DNA from: Octopus sinensis
Lineage: Eukaryota
Assembly (NCBI RefSeq): GCF_006345805.1
Contig: NW_021834960.1
Coordinates: 1-51,348 of the forward strand
Direction: 5' to 3'
Length of the DNA stretch: 51,348 nucleotides
The notes beneath the pieces are model-generated. The model was not told where the DNA came from. It saw only the letters and a program-made list of their open reading frames with translations, and did no database searches. Numbering within the stretch: position 1 is the stretch's first letter; the number at the start of each line of letters is the position of its first letter. Shown here piece by piece: positions 23,861 to 35,073 of the stretch. Both the position numbers and the translations under genes were made by a program.

Positions 23861-24164
23861 TCCGCAACAGCAGTAACACGAAGAGGTAACACCACCATCA
23901 CCACCACCACCACCCACCACCTAAAACTGTCATCACAACAACACTGTCGATATGTATGCTGTGTCAGCAGGTGGATATCCCCCACCTCTCATCTACATCC
24001 CCCTCTTTTCCACCCCTATACACCCCCACCACCACACCACCACACCGTTTTTGATAAGTTGCTTTGCACCTCCAAACATTTTTACACTTCTAGGTGGTGG
24101 GGTGGTGAGAGGGGGTGGGGGACGGAGCTGGGGGTAATGATGAGGATAGCGGCGGGGTGGTGGT

Positions 24165-24670
24165 GATGGTGGTAATGTCGATGACGACGACGACAATGGA
24201 GATGATGATGACGACGACAATGACGATGATGACGTTGACAATGATGATGACGATGATGGTGATGATGATGATGATGATGATGACGATGGTGATGATGACG
24301 ATGATGACGATGATGACGATGATGGTGATGATGATGGTGGTGATGATGATGATGGTGATGATGATGATGGTGATGATGACGATGATGACGATGATGACGA
24401 TGATGGTGATGATGGTGGTGGTGATGATGGTGATGACGATGATGATGATATTGATGTTGATGATGATGGTGATGATGACGATGATGATGATGGTGATGAC
24501 GATGATGATGATGATGGTGGTGGTGGTGATGATGACGATGATGATGGTGATGATGGTGGTTGTGATGATGATTGGGATGGTTTTAGTGGCAGTAATAATG
24601 CTGCTGCTGCTGAAAGTGATGACGATTATGATGGTGGTGGTGGTGGTGAAGATGATAATGATGGTGAAGA
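24165..24670. repeat. Compound (GAT/GAC/GGT)n trinucleotide array
   Basis: Seen directly. Confidence 0.9.
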
Positions 24671-25034
24671 CAGCGAAATGAACAGAAGTACACCATCAGC
24701 AGCCTTTAGGTGTCATCACAGCCACACCCCCACCCCCTGTATGCAGAGCCAACAGATAGAACTGCCCCCACCCTCGACCTTCCCCCATTGGCTTGTCATC
24801 GTTCTGTGACCCAGTTTCTGGGAGTTAAGTATAGAGAGCAAGGAGTAGGGGAGAGTAAGTAATAGAGTAACGACGGAGTAGTGGGTGGCAGTGGTGGTTG
24901 TAATGCGGCGGCAGCGGTGGTGGTGGTGGTAGCAGTTGTACTGATGATGGTGGTGGTAGTGATGGCGGAATTGGTGGTGATGGTCGTGGTGGTAGTGGTG
25001 TGTTGGCTGTGGTTGGCGTTCTTAGCGTTGTTGT

Positions 25035-25170
25035 TATTTTGCCCAATTACCAAAAAAACAGGTGGTGGATTTCTTGCACTTATTCTATCGGTCTCGTTCG
25101 CCGAACCGCTAGGTTTACGGGGATATAAAATTATCAACTCGGTGGTGAGGGATACACACCCACACGCGCG
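25035..25170 (-). mobile_element. SINE family A, internal fragment
   Basis: TATTCTATCGGTCTCGTTCGCCGAACCGCTA. Confidence 0.65.
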
Positions 25171-25212
25171 TTCAATTTTGCCTGTGTGCATCAACATACC
25201 TCTCTCTCTCTT

Positions 25213-25248
<36 letters not shown>

Positions 25249-25747
25249 CTAGCAGTATCGCCCGGCGTTGCTCAGGTTTGTAAGGGAAATAACTATATAA
25301 GCATTTTTAGAGAGTTACTTCCCTTATAGATGCCAATTCGGGCTTTCTTAGCCATTTCTGTTTTGGTGTCTTCAAGCCATGAAGTCGTTGTTCTAAAAGA
25401 ACGCTGGTCTCCTTGACAACGCTTTACGACGTTGATTTCCTTACACTCCCTTCCCCACAGCTTCACGAGGGAGGGAAGAAGGGGGAGAAGCAAACACAGG
25501 TGCAGGTGTGACCGTGGACGCCAACTCCGCCGCCATCGACACACGAAAAAATATGCATTAAAACGGAATAAAAAATGATGTTAAATTATTTTTAAAATCG
25601 TAGACTCACCGTAGACGCGCGCTAATAGCCAGACGGGCTCGATATGAATCACGACTATAAGATACCCGAATTTGGTTAAACTGCACCGCAAAATGTGGGA
25701 GGAGTTAGGAATCTAAATCGTAGGAGACAGACACTCACACAACTACA

Positions 25748-25758
<11 letters not shown>
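25249..25758 (-). mobile_element. Non-autonomous Helitron-like element
   Basis: The minus-strand 3' end has a GC-rich hairpin CC(T)GAGCAACGCCGGG followed ~10 nt later by CTAG and then T. The 5' end TATATATAAAACTGTAG merges into (TA)n. There are no TIRs and no TSD. Confidence 0.75.
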
Positions 25759-25811
<53 letters not shown>

Positions 25812-25814
25812 TAT

Positions 25815-26004
25815 ATATATAAATACACACACACAGTTTTTCTCCCTCCGTTTTATCCATTCTCTCTCCATTTTTCCTTCTCATTCCTTTCAGTGGAAGA
25901 GTGTAGGCTCGAAACGTAAAAGACTTTTCCGAGCGTCAAACTAATACACTTGCTTGTTGTTCTTACACCTGTCTTCATCTTTTTATTGTTTTTTTGCAAA
26001 TTTC

Positions 26005-26008
<4 letters not shown>
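25815..26008 (+). mobile_element. HHR-like module (family 3) between (TA)n tracts
   Basis: Homologous to 50575-50760 (-): GAAACGTAA..AGACTTT..CCGAGCG..AAACTAATACA. Confidence 0.65.
25887..25922 (+). ncRNA. Hammerhead-like motif with a variant core (CAGUGGA)
   Basis: CTTT-CAGTGGA-A-GAGT(GTAG)GCTC-GAAA-CG-TA-AAAG. Helices I-III are compatible, but the core deviates at U4 and A6. Confidence 0.55.
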
Positions 26009-26075
<67 letters not shown>

Positions 26076-26345
26076 GGCGCAGGTGTGGCAAGAAGCTTGC
26101 TTCCCAACCACATGATTCTGGGTCCAGTTCCACTGCGTGGCAACTTGAGCAAGTGTCTTCCATTATAGCCTCGGGTCGGCCAAAGCCTTGTAAGTGGATT
26201 TGGTAGACGGAAACTGAAAGAAGCCTGTCGTATATATATATATGTTTGTGTGTGTGTTTGTCCCACTCCCAACGCTTGACAACCGATGTTGGGGGTGTTT
26301 ATGTACCTGTAACTTAGCGGTTCGGCAAAACAGACCGCTAAGAAA
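26076..26345 (+). mobile_element. SINE family A, 3'-truncated
   Basis: GGCGCAGGTGTGGC head through TTAGCGGTTCGGCAAAA. Confidence 0.85.
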
Positions 26346-26356
26346 AAGGATGAAAG

Positions 26357-26389
<33 letters not shown>

Positions 26390-26669
26390 CGATCTTCCGC
26401 TCAATATCTGCCTAGTAAATTCAACAAGACTTGTCTAAGGTGCCACTCAGTGAGACTGAACCCAAGAAAACGTGGTTGCAAAGTTAACTGAGCAATGGGG
26501 TCGATGTAATCAACTTACTACCCCCTTAAAACTGCTGGCCTTGTACCAAATAATTTGAAGCGATTATCATTATTTGTAGAGAGAATATGTCCGCCATGCT
26601 GATAGGTTGTTACTCAGGCAGGTTTGGTAATAAGAAAAAGGGATTTGCTATGAGATGATGTAATTAGGA

Positions 26670-26984
26670 AGGCATATCTTATGGGACGCTTGGATCGAGT
26701 CTGACTTGTGGCTATACAGCGGCAACAAATGCAGCATCCAAACAGAATTCGAAATTCTGTGCTGCACATCTTAGGAACAAGGGAATGATGCAACACATAC
26801 AAGATGGCACGACTGTGGGAAATGAAGAAGTTGTAGTATAGTGTGGACTATTGTTGGGTCGTTGGGGACAGCATCAAAAGGCATCAAGGATGAATATAAA
26901 GGAAATGGGAAAAGAGCGTCCAGTCGAGCAAAAGTTTGCTTCTTTGGAACGGCTAGAATAATCAGGAAATTATTAGATAGTTAG
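26670..26984 (+). mobile_element. 3' end of an R4/Dong-like (RLE-type) non-LTR retrotransposon, degenerate
   Basis: Frameshifted peptides 'ILWDAWIESD', 'MARLWEMKK', 'IVGSLGTASKGIK' and 'CFFGTARIIRKLLDS*' match the ILWD...RLW...GALG...GTARILRKVL C-terminal pattern. Confidence 0.6.
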
Positions 26985-27027
26985 TTGAAAAGAATAGATA
27001 GCATGGTATTTGTAGGCTGCAGTATTC

Positions 27028-27120
27028 CTCGGCGGAGTTTGAACTCAGAACATAGCGACGGGCGGAATACCGCTAAGCTTTTCGTCCAGCGTGCTAACGA
27101 TTCTGCCAGTTCGCTGCCTT
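27028..27120 (-). mobile_element. SINE family B head
   Basis: TTTGAACTCAGAAC...GCTAACGATTCTGCCAGTTCGCTGCCTT. Confidence 0.8.
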
Positions 27121-27129
27121 GAATAATAA

Positions 27130-27521
27130 TCTTTTCTAATATAAGGCCTGAAATTTTGGGGAAGGGAACGAGTCGATTACATCGACCTCAGTGTTTCACT
27201 GGTACTTCATTTATCGACTCCGAAAGGATGAATGGCAAAGTCGACCTCGGCAGAATTTCAACTCAGAACGTAACGGCAGACGAAATACCTATTTCTGTAC
27301 TACCCACAAGGGGCTAAATACAGAGGGGACAAACAAGGACAGACAAACGGATTAAGTCGATTATATCGACCCCAGTGCGTAACTGGTACTTATTTAATCG
27401 ACCCCGAAAGGATGAAAGGCAAAGTCGACCTCGGCGGAATTTGAACTCAGAACGTAACGGCAGACGAAATACCGCTGAGCCTTTCGCCCGGCGTTCTAAC
27501 GATTCTGCCAGCTCGCCGCTT
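27130..27521 (-). mobile_element. SINE family B, internally dimeric full-length copy
   Basis: The core GAAAGGATGAA.GGCAAAGTCGACCTCGGC.GAATTT..ACTCAGAACGTAACGGCAGACGAAATAC occurs twice. Confidence 0.9.
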
Positions 27522-27541
27522 TAATAATAATCGCGAACGAA

Positions 27542-27710
27542 TGCTCTAGACTTGCTCCAAACCATTATAAGCTGTGGCGACACGATGAGGTAGCGAAAGT
27601 GCTACATTGGAAACTGAGCGAAAAGTGGAGTTTAGCGAGGCAAGACGTGGTATGAGGACAAACAGTGGATGAGTGACGGAGTTGGAGGCCTACAACATCC
27701 TTTGGGAAGC
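27542..27710 (+). mobile_element. R4/Dong-like LINE fragment (upstream part of the RLE region)
   Basis: 'CSRLAPNHYKLWRHDEVAKVLHWKLSEK', then 'KTWYEDK' and 'AYNILWE', match the C..LA..Y.RHD.VA..LHW.L / WY.H.P / ILWD pattern. Confidence 0.65.
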
Positions 27711-28069
27711 TTGCAACCGTGTTTCTTGTGAATCGAGAGTTTAGACCAAATTAACACTTAAAAACAAATATCAGTTTTTTTAAGCGAGCAGACGATGAAT
27801 CATTTATCGTCTGCTCCCTTCAGTTAACTTTTTAACCACGTAATAAATATTCCTTCCCCACCCTCACCGCACGTCGTTAACACTTCTCTCCCCCCTCTCT
27901 CTCTTCTTTAATTCTTCGCCTCTTACTTTAGCTGACCACGTGACCATCTGGTCTACGTGTATTAATATTAATCACCTTTCTCTACTTCTTCTCCTCTTTC
28001 TTCACTTTCCCCCTCCTCTCTAACTGATGTATAATGGGCGAACGAACAACCAGATTGTTACATAGATAA

Positions 28070-28455
28070 GCCTTTCTCCTAAAGGCACAAAGCCTGAAAT
28101 TTTGGGGGGCAAAGGCTGGTCGATTACATCGACCCCAGTACTTAACTGGTACTTATTTTATCGACTCCCGAAAGATTGAAAGGCAAAGTCGACCGCGGCG
28201 GAATTTACATTCAGAACGTAGCGACGGACGAAATACCTATTTGTTTACTACCCACAAGGGGCTAAACACAGAGAGGACAAACAAGGATAGACAAACGGAT
28301 TAAGTCGATTACATCGACCCCAGCGCGTAACTGGTACTTAATTTATCGACCTCGAAAGGATGAAAGTCGACCTCGGCGGAATTTGAACTCAGAACGTAGC
28401 GGCAGACGAAATACCGCTAAGCATTTCGTCCAGCGTGCTAACGATTCTGCCTGTC
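28070..28455 (-). mobile_element. SINE family B, dimeric
   Basis: Same two-core layout as 27130-27521. Confidence 0.9.
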
Positions 28456-29662
28456 GACGTCGGCGAGATTTGAACTCGAAATGTAGAGATGGGATTTTAA
28501 AAAAACCCCAAAACACTAAGGTATTTCGTCTGATGCAAACAATTCTGATAATGATGGAAAGATGATGATGGCGACGATGATGATAATGACAATGATGGTT
28601 GTTGTGGTGATGATAACGATGATGGTGGCGACAACACGATGACAGTTGTAGAATGGTGATGATTATGATGGTGATGCTGCTAATATAAATGATATAAATA
28701 TTGACGACGACGATGATGATGATGATGATGGCAAATGATAATAGTTAAGTTTGGAATGTTTCTGCATCCCACCCGCCTATCAATCACCCCCACCGCACTC
28801 CCACCCGTCCTCCCACGCCCAGCCACCCTCAATGCCTTTGCAGGAGATGACTAAAATTTTCTTGACTCACATCACACAATCATTGCATTGTTAACAACTA
28901 CCTTGTTGTTGTTGCTGCTAATGTTGCTGTTGTATTTACTGTCGTTAGGGCAGCTGCTGTTGTGATGGTTGTTGTTATTGTTAATATTATTGTTGTTATG
29001 GTTGTTGTTGTTGTTTTTATTGCTGTTGCTGTTGTTGCTGCTGGTATTGTTGTTGCTGTTGCTGTTGTCGCTGTGCGCTATTACTATTGTGGTTTCTTTT
29101 TATTGTTATTATTGTGGTTATAATTATTTTTACTGTAACTGTAGTGGTTCATATTATTGCCCTTTCTTTTGTTGTTGCAGTCTCTGTTGTTATTGTTGCT
29201 ATTGTAACCGCCATTACTGATGAGGCCGATGTCGTGATTGTCATTGTTCTTGTTATCGTTATTATGATATATTTCTATTTATCTCTCTCTCTCTCTCTCT
29301 GTCGCTTTTCTCCATTTTCTGTGTTTTCTTTTTTACCGTTCATTGATATTTATATTATTATTTTTACACTTTTATTTATATTTTCTATTTGGTTCATGAT
29401 TTGTGTGCTCTTGTGATTTATGTCTGTCAAAGCAAGATCGATATGGTCCGATAAATCTGAGCGTTAGATTGGCTGACTGGGGATGGGGTGGGATTGGTGA
29501 ATAGAAGGGGGACGACAGTAGGTATGTGTATGTGCGTGACCCCACACCACCACCAACACCACCTCCTAGCTTTTTCTCCTTAAACCATCCAATTTCACCC
29601 ACCCCCATCACGCAATATAACATCGACCAGACCAGCAGCCAAAACTATCTCATATCATCATC

Positions 29663-29697
<35 letters not shown>

Positions 29698-30118
29698 CCT
29701 TTCTACTAACGGCACAGGACCTGAAATTTGCGGGGAGTGGACTAGTCGCTTACATCGACCGTAATATTTTACTGGTACTTAATTTACCAACCCCAGTGTT
29801 TCACCGGTAACTGACCTCGAAAGGATGAAAGGCAAAGTCAACCTCGACGGAATTTGAAATCAGAACGGAGCGACAGACGAAATGCCTATTTCCTTACTGC
29901 CTACAAGGGGCTAAACACAGAGATGACAGACAAGGACAGACAAATGGATTAAGTCGATTATATCGACCCCAGTGCGTAATTGGTGCTTAATTTATCGGCC
30001 CCGAAAGGATGAAAGGCAAAGTCGACCTCGGCGGAATTTGAACTCAGAACGTAGCGACAGACGAAATACCGCTAAGCATATCGTCCAGCGTGCAAACGAT
30101 TCTGCGAGCTCACCTCCT
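29698..30118 (-). mobile_element. SINE family B, dimeric, with an (ATT)n tail
   Basis: Same layout; (AAT)n lies at 29667-29696. Confidence 0.9.
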
Positions 30119-30141
30119 AAAATAATCATAATGATAATAAT

Positions 30142-30267
30142 TCTTTCTACTAAAAGCACAAAGCCTGAAATTCTGGGGGAGGGGCAAGTCACTTAGATCG
30201 ATTAGAGCGACCCAGTACGCCAAGTGGTACGATAACCCCAAAAGAATGGAAGGCAAAGTCTTTGAAC

Positions 30268-30318
<51 letters not shown>

Positions 30319-30470
30319 TAATAATAATAGATCGGTGCTAGTGCTCAGCTGGTTCTTATTTTATCGACCCCGAAGGGATGAAAGGTAAAGTTGACCTCAG
30401 CGAAATTGAACTCAGAATGTAAAGGCGTCGGACGAAATACAGCCAAGCATTTTGTCCGGCGTGCTATTTT
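30142..30470 (-). mobile_element. Two further SINE family B fragments separated by (AAT)n
   Basis: Tail motif at 30142-30200 and core at 30360-30460. Confidence 0.7.
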
Positions 30471-30564
30471 TTGGCCAATAGCAAAAGATTGTAAAGTGCA
30501 GACATGGTTGTGTGCTTAAAGAGTTCGCTTTGCAGCCACGTCTTTTCATGTTCAGTCCCACGGC

Positions 30565-31530
30565 CCACTACATTATATAATGTAGTCCCAGATACACTAT
30601 GACTGATTAAATGATAGGATAGTAATAACTAGAACATCTCTTGACCATATGTTTGTTGGACCAAGAGTGACAAGGGCCAAAACAACACCAACAGCAAGTA
30701 CAGCCACTAATACTAACTACTATACTATTACTTTAGATAATGTAGCCCTAGGTACACTATGACCGACTGAAAGTTGGGATGGTCATAACTGGAACATCTT
30801 TGATCATAGGTCCGCTGGATCAAGACTGACTTGGGCGAAAACAACAACAACCATAGCCACTAATCCTTCCTAATTACAATACCATACATTAGATAATATA
30901 GTCCTAGGTACACTATGACTGATAAAAAGGTGGGATGGTCACAGCTGGAACATCTTTGGCCATAGCTTTGCTAGATCTGGACAGACCTAGAGCTAAACAA
31001 TTGCAGTTATAAGTACTAACTACTACACTTTACATTAGATAATGTTGTGCTAGATACACTATGCCTGAATAAAAGATGGAATGGTCACATATGGAACATT
31101 TTTGATCATAGTCTTGTTGGATCAAAACTGACGTGTGCTAAAACAACACCAACAACAAGAACAGTCACTAACTTCAGATAGACCTTCTAGATACAATATG
31201 TCTGACTGAAAGATGGAATTATTAGAGAAGCACTACCTTTGATCATGGGTCAGCTGGATCACGACTGGCCCGGGGTTAAACAGCAACAATAGGCACTAAC
31301 AGTATTATTCTATACATCAGATCATGTAGTCTTAGATACACTATGGTTAAAAGATGGGATGGTCACAGCTGGAACATCTTTGGTCATAGCTCTGTTTGGG
31401 TCAGAAATGACCTGGGGCTAAACAAAACCCATTAATACTAACAATATACATTATATAATGTAGTCCTAGATACACTATGAATAAAAATTGGATGGTCACA
31501 GCTGGAATAGCACTGACCTGGGGCTAAAAG
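30565..31530 (-). repeat. ~150-bp tandem repeat array, about 7 units, opposite orientation to 5425-6185
   Basis: Repeated AGATAATGTAGTCCTAGATACACTATG...GGGATGGTCACAGCTGGAACATCTTTG...GACCTGGGGCTAAACAAC. Confidence 0.9.
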
Positions 31531-31892
31531 ACTTGTAAATATTTTATCAGCCTCCCCCTGCTGGAGAGGTGTCATTCAGAGAAGGGAGATAACTAAGTAC
31601 CATTAGACAGCTGCTGGTTTACAACGCACCATCATCAACATCATCCGCCATTGAAAAAATTGAAAAATCTAGAAGCGACGGGAAGGGGTTGGGAGTGGGG
31701 GGAAAATATCATTTAACACTATTTGTTAAAGAGGAAATTTAGTGAGATTTAAGAATATTGAGGCGTTGGAAACAGATTAAGAGAAGGATGCCCTCAGGAG
31801 ACAAAACGCGAGTTTACGCTCCCACTCACATATAAACATTTAAAATGGCAGAAAAATGCACGCGCTGTGTGTGTGTATATGTTTATACATGA

Positions 31893-31926
<34 letters not shown>

Positions 31927-32028
31927 ATATATATATATATATATAATGATATATATCTATATAATGTGTTCATATATACATTGTATGCATGCATACAGTC
32001 GACTGAAACAAACAAAAGAACATATATA

Positions 32029-32084
<56 letters not shown>

Positions 32085-32087
32085 TAT

Positions 32088-32428
32088 ATATGTTCTTTTG
32101 TTTGTTTCAGTCGATTGTGGCCATGCTGGAGCACAGCCCTTAGTCGAACAAATCGACCCCAGGACTTATTCTTTGTAAGCCTAGTACTTATTCTATCGGT
32201 CTTTTTTGCCGAACCGCTAATATACAGAGAAATAAGCACACCAATATCGGTTATATATACATATATACTCCGGGCTTCTTTCAGTTTCCATCTACCAAAC
32301 CCACTCACAAGGCTTTGGTCGGCCCGAGACTATAGTAGAAAACATTTGCCCAAGGTGCCACACAGTGGAGCTGAACCCAGAACCATGTGGTTGGGAAGCA
32401 AGCTTCTTGCCACGCAGCCACGCCTGCG
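32088..32428 (-). mobile_element. SINE family A, full length
   Basis: Collinear with the consensus; its tail end is copied in inverted form at 31995-32036. Confidence 0.85.
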
Positions 32429-32797
32429 TCTACACTCACACACACACACACTATGATTTTGTATTTGGTTTGTAAGTTTCTCGATGGGAATTCGTATGTT
32501 GAAAGAAATTTTGTTGTGTCTTGGAAGGGTTATTATGCGAATAACAACAGACACTGGTTCAATACCAGTTCTTTGTTGTTAGTCAATTGGTTAAATATCT
32601 AACCAACAAACTAACCGATCATTTATTTAATGTGCTGGTTAAGCAATCAATCGGTTGTTGGGTCGTCAAAACTCTTTCGTCGCTGCTTGCGACCTTTTCA
32701 GTGACTTACTGACTTCCCCTCTCGCACCCAGACAGACAGACAGACAGACAGACCTACCTACCTACCTACCTACCTACCTACCTACTTACCTACCTAC

Positions 32798-32841
<44 letters not shown>

Positions 32842-32844
32842 GCA

Positions 32845-33205
32845 TGAAATTTTGGTGGAGGGCACTAATCGATTACATTGACTGGTACTTAATTTATGGA
32901 CCCCGAAAGGATGAAAGGCAAAGTCGACCTCGGCAGAATTTGAACTCAGAACATAAAAACAGATGAAATACCTATTTCTTTATTGCCCACAAGGGGCTAA
33001 ACACAGAGGGGACAAACAAGGACAGACAAACGGACTAAGTCGATTATATCGACCCCAGTGCGTAACCGTTACTTTCTTTATCGACCTCGAAAGGATAAAA
33101 GACAAAGTCGACCTCGGCGGAATTTGAACCCAGAACGTAGCGGCAGACGAAATACTCACTAAGCATTTCGTCCGGCGTCCTAACGATTCTGCCAGCTCGC
33201 CATTG
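32845..33205 (-). mobile_element. SINE family B, dimeric
   Basis: Two cores at ~32880-32965 and ~33040-33165. Confidence 0.9.
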
Positions 33206-33914
33206 CCGCCGCCATAATGATAATAATGATGATAATGATGATGATGCTGATGATGATGATAATAATAATAATAGAATGAATCTACAACAAAATTTTAAAA
33301 AGAAGTGGGGTGGGGTAGAGTGAGACTGAGAAGTGTGTATTTTTTTTTCATATTTAATCCATTAATCCATAACTTCATGGTCCACCTAAGCCCTTAATTT
33401 ATCCACATTAGTAGCAGCACTCAGCAGTTAATCCTACCTCCCACTGACAACTCCCTACCTCCTCCTACTGCCACCGTTGTCATCCTTCTTCCTTTCTTTT
33501 CTACATTATCCCACCGTCAGTATACACACACACACACACACACACGTTTATATACATGCTATATGTGTGTGTGTGCATTTGTTATATGTATATATGTAAT
33601 ATATATGTATGTATGTATGTATATGATTCATATTTTGACAGCAAAGTCCTCGGGCGATGTACAATGACGAAGACAAAGAGAGGGGGATGAGGCGGCAGGG
33701 TAAGTCGGTGGAAGGAAATGAAGGGGAGGAGGGGAGAAAAGGCGAGAGGGAAAGAGAAAGAGGGAGTGGGGAGAGAAGGAATAAGAAATAAGGAAAGATT
33801 TTAATTCAGCGTGACCGATAATAAACATAGAGATAATGTGTGGTGGGCAGGGATGGGTTGGTGGATGCTAAGATAATCCGTGAAAATGCAGAGTGCTTAT
33901 CTAGCGTCTGTTCA

Positions 33915-34160
33915 GCTAAACGGTGTTACTCAGGTCAGTCTTATTTGAACGAGGTACTCCATCCGTGACCATCCTGACTTTTTTCAATCAATTCTAATAT
34001 ATCTAGGACTACATCATCGAACGTATAGCATAGTACTTCGTATTAGAGGCTATATTGTTGGTGTTGTTGTTGTTGTTCTTTGGCCCCAGGTCAATTCTGA
34101 CCCATCAGACCTAAGATAAAAAATATTCATCTGTGATCATCTCATCTTTTATTTAGACAT
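33915..34160 (+). repeat. ~150-bp repeat family, about 2 degenerate units
   Basis: CAGGTCAGTC...GTGACCATCC...ATCTAGGACTACATCATC. Confidence 0.7.
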
Positions 34161-34337
34161 AAGAGGCAATGAACGAAACTGGCGGCCCTTGAGCAACTCT
34201 GTAATCTAGTCAATATCTATATTCTGCGTCTATCCATCCAGTCAACATCTTCTAAGCACGGTGTCTATCAATTCACTCGACATTTACACAATATGTCTAT
34301 CTATCCAATCTGTTTCTAGTCAACGTCTACATACTAT

Positions 34338-34630
34338 CTCGTTTTTCTCAAGTGGGGTTCACATGGCCCCTGAGGGTTCTTGGGGATTCACGCAACAAAA
34401 TAGTATTGGGCATCCACAATAATATTTGAAGAACCCTTGAAAATATTTTCCATTAGATGAATACATTGCAAAAAACAGCGAGGTTTCTTTCTCTAACATT
34501 TGACATAGTTCAACCTACAAAAGTTACGTGTGATGAACAAAACAGGAATTTTGAAAGCATGGCTATGAGGTCGACCAAAATAAAATAGTTATCAAAGGTG
34601 TCCAGGGATAAAAAATGGTTGAGAACTCTG
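34338..34630. mobile_element. hAT (Charlie-like) MITE, degenerate
   Basis: The right end AAAAAATGGTTGAGAACTCTG and left end TTTTCTCAAGTGGGG resemble CAGTGGTTCTCAACC-type TIRs. It sits in a ~35-bp degenerate minisatellite. Confidence 0.55.
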
Positions 34631-34764
34631 GCCAGTCAACCTCTACACACTGTGTCTATCTATCCACTTAACATTTACAGTATGTATCTCTCTATCCACA
34701 CAGTTTCAACGTACTGTAGCAAGGTTCGTTTGGCTAATACATACACACCGTATTCCTTTTAATC

Positions 34765-34795
<31 letters not shown>

Positions 34796-34962
34796 AGTAA
34801 GAAGATTGTTTCTCAACCACATGGTTCTGGGTTCAGTCTCACGAAATGGCACCTTGGACACGCGTCTCTTACTCTAGCCTCGGGCTGGTCAAAGACTTCA
34901 AAGACTTGAGTGAATTTGGGAGACGTAAACTGAAAGAATCCCGTCATATATATATATATATT

Positions 34963-34974
34963 ATATGAAAGAAG

Positions 34975-35022
<48 letters not shown>

Positions 35023-35030
35023 GAAAGAAG

Positions 35031-35073
<43 letters not shown>

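Noticed and set aside
23404-24681. His-rich, Met/Val-rich and Ile-rich ORFs of 144-223 aa
   Set aside because: They are alternative frames of GAT/GGT triplet arrays with no domain or splice evidence.
31445-31510. Twister-ribozyme-like words (TAATGTAGTC...ATAAAA) in the 150-bp unit
   Set aside because: I could not form P2/P4 or the two pseudoknots by eye; a covariance-model search would be needed to revive it.
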